A stretch of DNA of 64,000 bases from a virus: positions 6,118 to 70,117 of IMG/VR virus record IMGVR_UViG_3300025151_000029; one strand, given 5' to 3'. Below the pieces are notes generated by a model that made no database searches, was not told where the DNA came from, and was given only the letters and a program-made list of their open reading frames with translations. A program made the position numbers and the translations under genes. Shown here piece by piece: positions 31,759 through 40,237 of the stretch (within the stretch, counting starts at the first letter, position 1; each line of letters starts with the position of its first letter).

Positions 31759-31795
31759 AAAAAACCCCCGACGGCCTAAGCTATCGGGGGTTTTT
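31759..31795. terminator. Bidirectional intrinsic terminator
   Basis: AAAAAACCCCCGA-loop-TCGGGGGTTTTT between convergent genes. Confidence 0.85.
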
Positions 31796-31810
31796 GTTTG
31801 TCTAAGTATC

Positions 31811-32641
31811 TTAGATACTTTGGAACTTGATGTACGGACGAACAACTCCGCCAGTAACTTGAGCGGATGCCGCATGGCGAATGTGGATCGTACGCGCTGT
31901 CGAAGAGTACAGAGGTGATTCTGCAACAAACGTAATTGATGCCGCACCCTCACCCTGAGCGCCCGAAGCAACGCTCAGCGCTGAACCAGCGTCGACAGCC
32001 GTATTAGAACTCATCAGTGCTGCGGAAGCGCAAATCTGCGTTCCTCCGGCGGAGGTGCCTGCTGTGATGTTGATGTTACCGCTAGATCCTGCAATCGCTG
32101 TGGTTACAACAATACCGAGATCCACGAGGACTGTCCCTGCGGGCTGTGTGATCGTGAAATCAGTGTTGTGTGCCGAACTCTGAATGACTGAGGTCGAGTC
32201 AGCGTATGCGATACCCTCAACGGAAGCGAAGCTCTGTGGTGACAGAAGGATCGTTCCGCTTGATCCAACAGTAAGAACAACACCAACCTTGAGAGCGCTA
32301 ACCCCAGGTGTAAGACTGAAACTACCAGCAGTGTCCGACAGGAACACAGGGGCTCCAATCGCAGAGCCTGTAGTCGTCACACCCTCAACCATCTTCCAGG
32401 GAAGAGCGACAGGTGTGTAATCCCCACTGCTCGCTGCGTAATCTGCAACGTACATCAGCGAGTTGTTCAAGGTAGCCGCGCCGTTAGCGTCGGCCTTCGC
32501 GACCTTAAGGAAGTCACCCTGTACACCGGTCACAGAAAGAATATCGCCTGCAGCGCAGCCGCCATCGACGTAAACCTTAACCGCGTTCGAACGGTGCTTA
32601 GTTACGCCAGGTTGAATTTGTGATTGCTTAAAAGAAGCCAT
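31811..32641 (-). CDS. Second cement/minor capsid-like protein (276 aa, two domains)
   Basis: IGAPVFLSDTAG..VGVVL cement-like N-half; QPAGTVLVDLGIVVTTA beta-sandwich C-half. Confidence 0.55.
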   Translation of the reverse strand: MASFKQSQIQPGVTKHRSNAVKVYVDGGCAAGDILSVTGVQGDFLKVAKADANGAATLNNSLMYVADYAASSGDYTPVALPWKMVEGVTTTGSAIGAPVFLSDTAGSFSLTPGVSALKVGVVLTVGSSGTILLSPQSFASVEGIAYADSTSVIQSSAHNTDFTITQPAGTVLVDLGIVVTTAIAGSSGNINITAGTSAGGTQICASAALMSSNTAVDAGSALSVASGAQGEGAASITFVAESPLYSSTARTIHIRHAASAQVTGGVVRPYIKFQSI

Positions 32642-32715
32642 TTGATTCTCCAGCCCCTCAAGGGGGTTTCAATACGCAAAATCGCGTGGCACAACTATAT
32701 CACGGGCGCGAGAAT

Positions 32716-35196
32716 TTAAAAGACGTCCCAGCCGTCGTCAGACTCAGCTACTGTTACCGGTGGTTGCAGCGGCTTAACAGCTTCAACCTTCCGGCTAATC
32801 TTTTCTGTTGATTTAATTTTAACGTTCGCAGGATCGAATACAACGACTTCTGGCGGCGTACCGCTTGCCGCTTTACCTATGATTGAGTCATATCCTGCGT
32901 CTTGAGCGATAAGCTTTGCCTTCTTAGCTACTGAGGGTTGCGGTCTTGCAGCTTGACCAATGCCTCCTCCTATCAAAGAATTATAAATCTGTATTGGATT
33001 AACGTTCTCGCTCTCAAGCATCTCTAGCTCTTTCGTCCGACCATGCTTTTTTAAGGCCCTAATCCAATTTTTCCTTTCCGAACTAGTAAGGGTCAACGAC
33101 CCCCCGAGGTTAAGGGGATTTTTAATATCAACCTCAACGGTCATTAGGTTTCCCGACTCTGGCGCGGGGCCACCCAGTACCGAACTTTTAGGTATTTTCA
33201 GAGCAAAGCCTCGAGCTAACTCACGGTCCGCACTTAGATAAACGCCTGCCCCATATTGACCCGTAGGGCTAACGCGAAACTCAGTAAAACTTTTCGGTGA
33301 ACCAACGTAAAGTTCTACTTTTCCACCTTTGGACAACTGTTCGACCGTCAGTGGTTTACTTAGTTTTTTTTTCACTTGGTCGGCGGCTCCGCCCGTCTCT
33401 TCGAGCAACTGACGATCCCTCATTGCCTGCCGCTTCATGGCGTCGACTTGCTCAAAATAGTCTGCCTCGTCACCGACGAAGCCACCTCGGGCAGCAGCTT
33501 GCTCCGCCCGAACCTCGCGCTCAAATTCTTCTTGTGACTGAGGTTTAGGTTTCGCCGCCTGCTTCTTCGGGGCGCGTTTTTCGAGCTTGTCCAAGCGCTC
33601 GGATACATCGCTCGGCGAGAGCGCACCACGCTCGAGCCTAGCCTTCGTGTTGCGTAGGCGCTCTACGATTACGTTGGACTGACCACCAGCAAGCCCAGCC
33701 TTGTCTGCATCCGCAATGAGCTTGTCTAACCGACTAACAGTTTGAGCCTTCAACTCATCATCTGCTGTCGGCTTCTTCTTAAGTCGAGGCAGGTCCTTCG
33801 CCGGTGCCTGCGGCTGTCCCCCTCTTGTTCGGCCCGTGCGCCTCCTGTCAGAGATGTCACGGTCGTCTGACGCAGACTTGAACCCAAACTCACCCTTCTT
33901 GTTGCGGGTGACAACCATGCCCCCAGCCTTAGCTGCGTCAAGCTGCTTACGAGCAGCGTCATAGCTCTCAGCCGGCAGACTACGCAGGTAATCCATCTCA
34001 ATCTGATTGTACTGAGTTGGCTTGGCCGCCTGCTGTGCAGCCTCTTTCTGTGCGGCCGACTCCGCAATACGGCGCTGAATTCGCTGCCTACGTCGCCGCT
34101 CCAAATTAGCTGCACGCTTATTGGTACTTTGAGTAGTAAACTCCTCATACTGCTGCTTAGTCATGTAGAAGTTCGGTACATCGGCCTCTGTAGGCTCGGG
34201 GCCCCTCTCCCTACGGGGCTTCGCCCTGTGAGCCTTCTTAAGCTGCTCAAGCTCCATCTGAGCGCCTGGACGGACAAATTGTGTCTGACCCCGACGGATG
34301 ACCTTGCGAGGCCCTGTAGGTGTAGGTCCAGAGCCATACTCTTGCGCCGGGTCCTTCCGTGAGCCCCTCAGACGCTTAGCCTCATCCAGTTCGCGCGCAC
34401 GACCACCCGCAACGAACGTTCCCTGACCACCCGCAAACTCGCCGACACTACCCTTGCCGTACAAATCTCTATCGATTTCAGAGGTCAATCGCTGCGCCTT
34501 ACCCGCTGCCTCGGCCCGTTGCCGATCAGACCGCTCCCGCTCTTTAGTACCCGCCTTCTTAAGTTTCGCGTCTGAACGCTTTGACCTCTTTACCTTAGCC
34601 AAAAAGTCTTTCTCGCCCTTCTCGAGCGTCCTCTCTACTCCGATGTTCTGAACCAGAACCTCAAGCTTCTCATTCATCTCCTTGATGCCCTGAGCATCAG
34701 TAAGCTCACCTGCATCGACTCGGCGCTGGACGTCATTAATAACCTGACGCCCCTCGACTCTCAGAGGATGGTCTGCCGGAACTGATTTCATGGCCCTAAT
34801 AGCCTTACCAGGAATGAACGGAACCAGAGCCCCTGCGAGACCAATACTTGCGATCTGACCAAGCTCAGAAGAGCTTGCGTCATCCATTACGCCACGACCC
34901 AACTGAAGACCCGTAGAAGTCAAATCAGAGATCGGTGTAGGGTCGACTAATGATAGACGGTCTGCACCCTTAATCATCTTATCTATTGGACGCTGACCGT
35001 AAAGTGCAGACTTGGCCTTCTGCTCTTCTTCAAGCTGCTTCTCTTGCTCTGGAGTCAGATCACCGAAACCCGCACCCTTAAGAGGGTCTTCGGCGTCGGG
35101 GCTGGGCTGAAGTTCGGGAGGAAGAGTACCGAAACGTGCAGATGTAGCCTCACGTTTCTGCCGCATGATGCGGTCGTAGTCTGTCATATCAGCCAT
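32716..35196 (-). CDS. Toxin-like protein (826 aa) with C-terminal ADP-ribosyltransferase-like domain
   Basis: LYVGS..F..F..GAGVYLS..A..FA..VEVDIKNP..GYDSII..EVVVFDP matches the ART pattern of phage polyvalent proteins. Confidence 0.7.
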   Translation of the reverse strand: MADMTDYDRIMRQKREATSARFGTLPPELQPSPDAEDPLKGAGFGDLTPEQEKQLEEEQKAKSALYGQRPIDKMIKGADRLSLVDPTPISDLTSTGLQLGRGVMDDASSSELGQIASIGLAGALVPFIPGKAIRAMKSVPADHPLRVEGRQVINDVQRRVDAGELTDAQGIKEMNEKLEVLVQNIGVERTLEKGEKDFLAKVKRSKRSDAKLKKAGTKERERSDRQRAEAAGKAQRLTSEIDRDLYGKGSVGEFAGGQGTFVAGGRARELDEAKRLRGSRKDPAQEYGSGPTPTGPRKVIRRGQTQFVRPGAQMELEQLKKAHRAKPRRERGPEPTEADVPNFYMTKQQYEEFTTQSTNKRAANLERRRRQRIQRRIAESAAQKEAAQQAAKPTQYNQIEMDYLRSLPAESYDAARKQLDAAKAGGMVVTRNKKGEFGFKSASDDRDISDRRRTGRTRGGQPQAPAKDLPRLKKKPTADDELKAQTVSRLDKLIADADKAGLAGGQSNVIVERLRNTKARLERGALSPSDVSERLDKLEKRAPKKQAAKPKPQSQEEFEREVRAEQAAARGGFVGDEADYFEQVDAMKRQAMRDRQLLEETGGAADQVKKKLSKPLTVEQLSKGGKVELYVGSPKSFTEFRVSPTGQYGAGVYLSADRELARGFALKIPKSSVLGGPAPESGNLMTVEVDIKNPLNLGGSLTLTSSERKNWIRALKKHGRTKELEMLESENVNPIQIYNSLIGGGIGQAARPQPSVAKKAKLIAQDAGYDSIIGKAASGTPPEVVVFDPANVKIKSTEKISRKVEAVKPLQPPVTVAESDDGWDVF

Positions 35197-35205
35197 CTGT
35201 CACTC

Positions 35206-35436
35206 TCAGGATTTGAGCTTCTTACGTTGTTGGATATTAGCAATGCGCTGTTGGCGGCGTTCTTTGAGTGAGCTAGCAGCGGCATCCTTACCGCCTCCAG
35301 CGCTAAGCAAACCAACGCCAAGCGTCGTTGGTGCTACGAGCGCCGCAGTAGTCGGAGCACCCAACTTCTTGGCACCCTTCACCGCGAGACTTGCGCCGGA
35401 GTACTTACCAATCGCCTTACCAATCTTACCGAACAT
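35206..35436 (-). CDS. Small Gly/Ala-rich basic protein (76 aa)
   Basis: AGGAG RBS. Confidence 0.55.
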   Translation of the reverse strand: MFGKIGKAIGKYSGASLAVKGAKKLGAPTTAALVAPTTLGVGLLSAGGGKDAAASSLKERRQQRIANIQQRKKLKS

Positions 35437-35463
35437 AGAAACTCCTACGCCAAAGTAGCATAA

Positions 35464-35652
35464 CTAGCCTGTATTTTTAAGGCCATAGTTGTCTTTTGCC
35501 CACCCAGCACCCTTCAACGCAAAGCTGGTCAAGGCAACACCTTTCTTCATGCGCTTGTCGCAGTCTGGACAATCAGGCCAGATGTCATCGAACTTCTGAA
35601 GGATTTCCATCTTCTTATCGCAAGCGTTACACTCAAAAACGTAAAGAGGCAT
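35464..35652 (-). CDS. FmdB-family zinc-ribbon protein (62 aa)
   Basis: MPLYVFECNAC..CPDC..FALKGAGWAKDNY. Confidence 0.8.
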   Translation of the reverse strand: MPLYVFECNACDKKMEILQKFDDIWPDCPDCDKRMKKGVALTSFALKGAGWAKDNYGLKNTG

Positions 35653-35653
35653 A

Positions 35654-35995
35654 ATGACTGATCCTTCTAAAAAGTTTCCCTGCACGATGTGCGGTGCTTG
35701 CTGCCGAAAAGTTGGTGAGATCGTGATTGCAGCAGAATCACAAGGACAGAGCCTGGGATATGACTTCCCCGTCAACGACGACGGTTCATGTGGACATAGC
35801 ATACCCATAATCGACGCTGAAGGCAAAACAGCGATGAGTTGTGAGATCTACCGCAACCGGCCGGACATCTGCCGGATAGAGCTTTGTGTCCCGTCCGATA
35901 TGACGTCAGACGAGTATCACAAAGTGACCGCCATGCACTGCAACCTGATGCAAGAGCAGTACGGTATCGAAAGCAGATTTCGAGTGAAGCTATAG
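35654..35995 (+). CDS. YkgJ-family CxxCxxCC Zn/Fe-S cluster protein
   Basis: FPCTMCGACCR..C..CEIYRNRPDICR. Confidence 0.8.
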   Translation: MTDPSKKFPCTMCGACCRKVGEIVIAAESQGQSLGYDFPVNDDGSCGHSIPIIDAEGKTAMSCEIYRNRPDICRIELCVPSDMTSDEYHKVTAMHCNLMQEQYGIESRFRVKL

Positions 35996-36024
35996 GCGAT
36001 ACGACATATAGTGCGTTGGTATGT

Positions 36025-36054
36025 TTGACACGCTATATAGGTAGCAGTTACCAT
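36025..36054 (+). promoter_or_regulatory. Sigma70-like promoter TTGACA-18-TACCAT
   Basis: Perfect -35 at 36025-36030; no plus-strand gene downstream. Confidence 0.45.
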
Positions 36055-36059
36055 CAAAC

Positions 36060-36128
36060 AGACCCAAAAGGTCAGTCCGACAAAGCTTACGCCCGATCAG
36101 ATTCTCTCCTCTGGTCGGGCGTTTTCTT
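36060..36128 (+). ncRNA. Candidate small RNA
   Basis: Lies between that promoter and a terminator; two hairpins; no credible ORF. Confidence 0.3.
36089..36128 (+). terminator. Intrinsic terminator
   Basis: ACGCCCGATCAGA-loop-TCTGGTCGGGCGT followed by TTTCTT. Confidence 0.75.
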
Positions 36129-36618
36129 ATTCCGTCAAACGCTTAATCTGACCTGCTTTGCCCTTGACCGCGTCGACATATGTCTTCATCGGCTCAGTCT
36201 CCGCGACCGCTTGCAACATTCGACGCTCCATACCCCCTTGACCATCCCCGATTATCAAATCTGTTACTGTAGGGTCAACATTCTGGCGAATCATTTTTCC
36301 GTAAGCTTCTTTGAGATCACTACTCGGCGCAGACAAATAACTTTTGTACAAACCGGCCAAGTACGGATCATTTTCAATTCCGTAACGTTTCACCAAAGAC
36401 TCAACAGGCTCTGTGCGTGCGGCAATACGTTGAGCGTCAAGCGACTGTTTGAATGCAGTTTGCTGATCGTCAGTTCCTTTAGGCACTCGAAAACCAGCAT
36501 ACTCTTCCCGCGACTTGAATGCTTTGTCCGCATCCTTCTTCCGTTCGATCTCAGACTGTATCTCAGCGAACTTACTGATCCGCATCGGATCTTCGACGGG
36601 TGCTTTTGGGTCAGCCAT
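36127..36618 (-). CDS. Hypothetical protein (MADPKAPVED start)
   Basis: AGGAG RBS upstream; follows the stop of the preceding gene. Confidence 0.6.
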   Translation of the reverse strand: MADPKAPVEDPMRISKFAEIQSEIERKKDADKAFKSREEYAGFRVPKGTDDQQTAFKQSLDAQRIAARTEPVESLVKRYGIENDPYLAGLYKSYLSAPSSDLKEAYGKMIRQNVDPTVTDLIIGDGQGGMERRMLQAVAETEPMKTYVDAVKGKAGQIKRLTE

Positions 36619-36619
36619 T

Positions 36620-36994
36620 TCAATACTCCTTGTGACTTCCGTACGGGTTGTGGTCACCATAGGACTTGTGGGGCTTCTCATCCGAATCGTCGTCGGAATC
36701 CTCAGACTTATCGTCGCCATGCTCCTTACCGTACATCTCCTCGCAGATCTCCATAAGCTTATCGGCTTGACCCGCGTGCATCTTCGACGCCTTGTACAGT
36801 TCCTTGGCCATCTCCTTCATCGCCATGTGAGGATCGTCGGAATACTTGTCTTCCTTCTTGGGACCCTCGTCATCATCGCCCTTCATCATTTTTTTCTTCG
36901 CCTGAACGTAGGAATCGCCATCGAAATCCGGCATATCGTCCCCGATTACCTCGCGCTTCGCCATGATGATTAGTTTTGGTGCCATTCCGTGCAT
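36620..36994 (-). CDS. Charged Met/Asp/Lys-rich protein (MHGMAPK start)
   Basis: AAGGA RBS. Confidence 0.55.
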   Translation of the reverse strand: MHGMAPKLIIMAKREVIGDDMPDFDGDSYVQAKKKMMKGDDDEGPKKEDKYSDDPHMAMKEMAKELYKASKMHAGQADKLMEICEEMYGKEHGDDKSEDSDDDSDEKPHKSYGDHNPYGSHKEY

Positions 36995-37011
36995 GATTCT
37001 TCCTTTTGTGG

Positions 37012-37551
37012 CTAGTTTCCGCCCGATGCTGCGCCACCAGCTACGATTCGGGCCAATCGTTCGTCGAAATCTACGTCTACAGTAACGCCCACCCGCGTTT
37101 CTGCCGACTCTGTCTGCGGAGTAATGCCACATCGGTCCAATATGGCCTCTGATGCCTTGACTCGGTCCCGTGGCTGCGCACCTACGTCCGTCGCCACCTC
37201 CAGAAGCGCGCTCAATGCGGCCTCAGCCGCCTCTTGCAGTCCCTCACCCAGCACTTTTTGGCGTCGTTCCGCCCCATCTTGGATTGCTTCGACGAATTCT
37301 GGCTCTTTTGACCAGGACCAGACCGTGGTTGGGCGAATCCCAAGCCTACGGGACGTCGTCGCCACCGTATAACCGGCTCCAAGTAGGCTCTTGGCCGCCG
37401 ATTTCAGCTCATCGTTGCCGGCAAAACGTGTCTGCTCCGCCAACATGGCTACAACTTCGGACTCACCCGCAGGTACGACAGTGCGGGGCACAAGTTGGAG
37501 CCCATCTGCGGGCGGCAAAGTCGGTTCAGGACGTTCTGATTCGTCTTCCAT
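37012..37551 (-). CDS. Probable terminase small subunit (HTH)
   Basis: HTH YTVATTSRRLGIRPTTVWSW..PEF, then RVKASEAILDRCG helix. Confidence 0.65.
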   Translation of the reverse strand: MEDESERPEPTLPPADGLQLVPRTVVPAGESEVVAMLAEQTRFAGNDELKSAAKSLLGAGYTVATTSRRLGIRPTTVWSWSKEPEFVEAIQDGAERRQKVLGEGLQEAAEAALSALLEVATDVGAQPRDRVKASEAILDRCGITPQTESAETRVGVTVDVDFDERLARIVAGGAASGGN

Positions 37552-37601
37552 TGTCCCACATTACCCTGTAGGAAAAGTATTAACAAGCTCAGAACGATTT
37601 C

Positions 37602-37991
37602 CTACTCTTCAGGTTCGCCCTTGGGACCCACGAACTTGGATACAAAGTATTCTGCTGCGGATTCCTGGTTCTCAATGGGCATAAAGTCTTCTACGGGGTA
37701 CCGCGTGCCCACCGGGTCCAGATTAAATGAAGCGATAAAGGGTGTGTGGGGCCCCGCCCAGCACCCCTCAACGTTGTAACAAAAGTAATCGAGCGCTTCT
37801 TCGAACGTTGAACCCTGTGCCATGAGTATCTCGAGGCACTTTTCGCGATTGTACAACGCGATTGGCTCTGTACCGCACCGCGCGATGATACCAACCAACG
37901 CGTCGTCAAACCCATCGTACATGATGGCTTCAGGATTTAACTCCTCAAGCGTGGAAATAATGTCTGCTGGCGTGGAAATCTCAATACTCAT
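37602..37991 (-). CDS. Conserved phage hypothetical protein
   Basis: DGFDDALVG..EEALDYFCYNVEGCWAGPHTP pattern. Confidence 0.65.
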   Translation of the reverse strand: MSIEISTPADIISTLEELNPEAIMYDGFDDALVGIIARCGTEPIALYNREKCLEILMAQGSTFEEALDYFCYNVEGCWAGPHTPFIASFNLDPVGTRYPVEDFMPIENQESAAEYFVSKFVGPKGEPEE

Positions 37992-38557
37992 TACGCTGAC
38001 CATCCATAAGGTACGATGTGACCTGGCCCATACGGTGTTGTTTGGACTTTAATTGTCTTACCCGTCCCATCGACACCGTCATATGCATCGACCCCTTGTA
38101 GTGCAGGGTCCGGAGACCAGTAAAACACCATGGTTTCTTCACCTGCTCGACCCCAATAACGACGCCAACCCTGACGCTCGTAGTAAGAATGCACATCCGC
38201 CTGGGAATCGGGGATGCGTTCGCCAGTACCCCAACGATGCCAACCATCAGGAAGTCGAATCATTCCAGAATTATCGAGGTCAAGATCCTCGGCGACCTCG
38301 ACAGGCGTAGCCTGACTGGACTCGGCGGAGGCTTTTGGGGCAGCGGCAGGGGTTGCGCTGACGGTGGTGGTAGCCCCCGGCGGTGGAGGGGCGAGATTTG
38401 CGTCCTTCAACCCGCGAACCAGTGCGAGACGCGCAACGGTAGCACGCGTAACCACCATGCCAAGCTCGCGAACGGCATCGGACTCGCTGATAATGGGCAC
38501 CAGTTCGTCCAGTTGAGCAAGGATCTTATCGTCGATCGGTACTTCGATTGTTTGCAC
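37991..38557 (-). CDS. Protein with N-terminal ribbon-helix-helix-like domain
   Basis: TIEVPIDDKILAQLDEL..TRATVARLAL; GGAGG RBS. Confidence 0.55.
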   Translation of the reverse strand: MQTIEVPIDDKILAQLDELVPIISESDAVRELGMVVTRATVARLALVRGLKDANLAPPPPGATTTVSATPAAAPKASAESSQATPVEVAEDLDLDNSGMIRLPDGWHRWGTGERIPDSQADVHSYYERQGWRRYWGRAGEETMVFYWSPDPALQGVDAYDGVDGTGKTIKVQTTPYGPGHIVPYGWSA

Positions 38558-38559
38558 GG

Positions 38560-39130
38560 AGCCTCCAGGTCAGCAACCTACCACGGGTGGGTTATCGTGA
38601 CAAGGCGGTAATACCATTATGGTAAGGTGTTTTGGGAAATGTGTTCGGTTCGGAAAACGCCCCCACAATAAGGTACCATGGAGGTTCAATGTTGGGTGTA
38701 CCCCCCCACCCCTATGGTCGGCGTTTTACTTAGAGTACCGGCCGGACTTTCTTTCTTAGTGGTTCTGTGTAGGGTGGAGGACTAGACTATCTAACTGGTT
38801 GTATCTACTATCCTTTTTCCTGGAGGGGGGGAGATATTATCTATCTATCTGAGTAGACTAACGGCCGGGATACGATGGTGTGGTTGGGCGAATGTCTCCG
38901 ATCCTCCTGGGTGATATCTGAGCCCAGGCCCTTGTCCCGACCCGCCATTTAGTCCTACCACCGGGCCAGAACCCTAGGGCAAACAAAGAGTATTTTTCCT
39001 CACTCCGTTCGAACCTGTCCCAGGGAAAAATCTTCCTTTCTTTCCCCCATGAACCTGACCAGGTGGTTTGACTATGGCGTGATCGGGACAGGACCCGGTC
39101 ACAGACATCCACCCACTCGTCTGCGAGAGG
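38560..39130. other. Non-coding strand-switch region, candidate genome terminus/pac site
   Basis: No credible ORF; C-tract 38701-38712 and G-tract ~38822-38831; divergent late and early blocks. Confidence 0.4.
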
Positions 39131-39135
39131 ATCCA

Positions 39136-39303
39136 ATGAGTTCTATGAAAGACCTCTACCTCGAGCAGCTCCGACCCATGGACGGCCAGCAGCCGCTGTG
39201 GCACGAGCACGCTCGACCCAAGACAGCGGCGCCGGCCAAGCCAGCGTCACCCACCACCCCGAGACAGCAGTTGCTGTTCCCCGCACAGGAGATTGCGAAA
39301 TGA
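39136..39303 (+). CDS. Early small protein (55 aa) with QQLLF motif
   Basis: GAGG RBS; ATGA overlap with next gene. Confidence 0.55.
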   Translation: MSSMKDLYLEQLRPMDGQQPLWHEHARPKTAAPAKPASPTTPRQQLLFPAQEIAK

Positions 39304-39608
39304 GCCCATTCGAGAAACACCACCAGTCGACACCCGACCAACACGTCGAAGCCGCGCAAGCGAGATGGCGGTTGAAACTCCGCGTCTGGTACATGCGTGA
39401 AAGATACCAGCGGTCACTTGAGGTATGTCGAGCATTCGAGAACCTCGCTACCGGGGCCTACACTCCGCACCAGTACAAGAAAAACTGGTGGCACAGCGGA
39501 GACTGGTTCCCCGAAACCTACAACCCGGACCACTGGGTGATGCCCGACGTTGGTCAGCCTCACCGGGTTGTCTTCACGTTTGACCCACTTCCGCCACCGG
39601 CTGAGTGA
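39300..39608 (+). CDS. Early hypothetical protein (102 aa)
   Basis: AGGAG RBS. Confidence 0.55.
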   Translation: MSPFEKHHQSTPDQHVEAAQARWRLKLRVWYMRERYQRSLEVCRAFENLATGAYTPHQYKKNWWHSGDWFPETYNPDHWVMPDVGQPHRVVFTFDPLPPPAE

Positions 39609-39689
39609 TTCCACTGCGTGCTCATCGGTCCTTCGGCCCGATGACCGCTCTGTGAAATCAGTCACAATATCAACCACTTAGGAGGCCAC

Positions 39690-40007
39690 ATGGCTTATTC
39701 CGAATGCCGAGACTTTGAGATCGGCTTGATGCTCCAACAAGATCCTCGTGCCGCAGAGGCCAGCCGTGAAGCTGAGCAGGAAGCTGCTGCTGCTGATTGG
39801 CTTGCTTTCCAAAACTGGGCCGAAGATCGCAAGATCCCACCTGAGTGCTGGGACGCTTGGCTCGACAACGGTCACATTCACCCTGAGTATCGTCCCGACC
39901 TTGAGACCTGTATCTACTGCGGCGCCGTTGACGTGTACGATTGCATCTGCGACCACCGCGACGACGAGTTGACCGATTGGACACAGGACCAAGAGATTCC
40001 CTTCTAA
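39690..40007 (+). CDS. Early acidic Cys-containing protein ending in SSB-like tail DQEIPF
   Basis: AGGAGG RBS; CIYC..CICDH. Confidence 0.65.
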   Translation: MAYSECRDFEIGLMLQQDPRAAEASREAEQEAAAADWLAFQNWAEDRKIPPECWDAWLDNGHIHPEYRPDLETCIYCGAVDVYDCICDHRDDELTDWTQDQEIPF

Positions 40008-40030
40008 ACCCTAAACGACCTGGAGGTCAC

Positions 40031-40237
40031 ATGTTCTGGTTCATCCTTATGATTCTCATCCTGGTGTTCGGTGGCATCATCGCTCCACTGCACTTCTCCG
40101 GCTATCTGCGAATCGACGTAGACAAGTGGGTCAAGCGGTTCGAGAACGCACTACTGATCATCGCTGCGCTGTGCATGCTAGCGATCCCCGTCTGGTACGA
40201 GTTGTGGTTGCGCGGCTACCTAAACTCTATGCAGTAA
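40031..40237 (+). CDS. Small membrane protein (2 TM)
   Basis: GGAGG RBS; two hydrophobic segments. Confidence 0.6.
   Translation: MFWFILMILILVFGGIIAPLHFSGYLRIDVDKWVKRFENALLIIAALCMLAIPVWYELWLRGYLNSMQ

Noticed and set aside
35884-36756. 290-aa plus-strand ORF
   Set aside because: Crosses a terminator and is antisense to a better-supported gene
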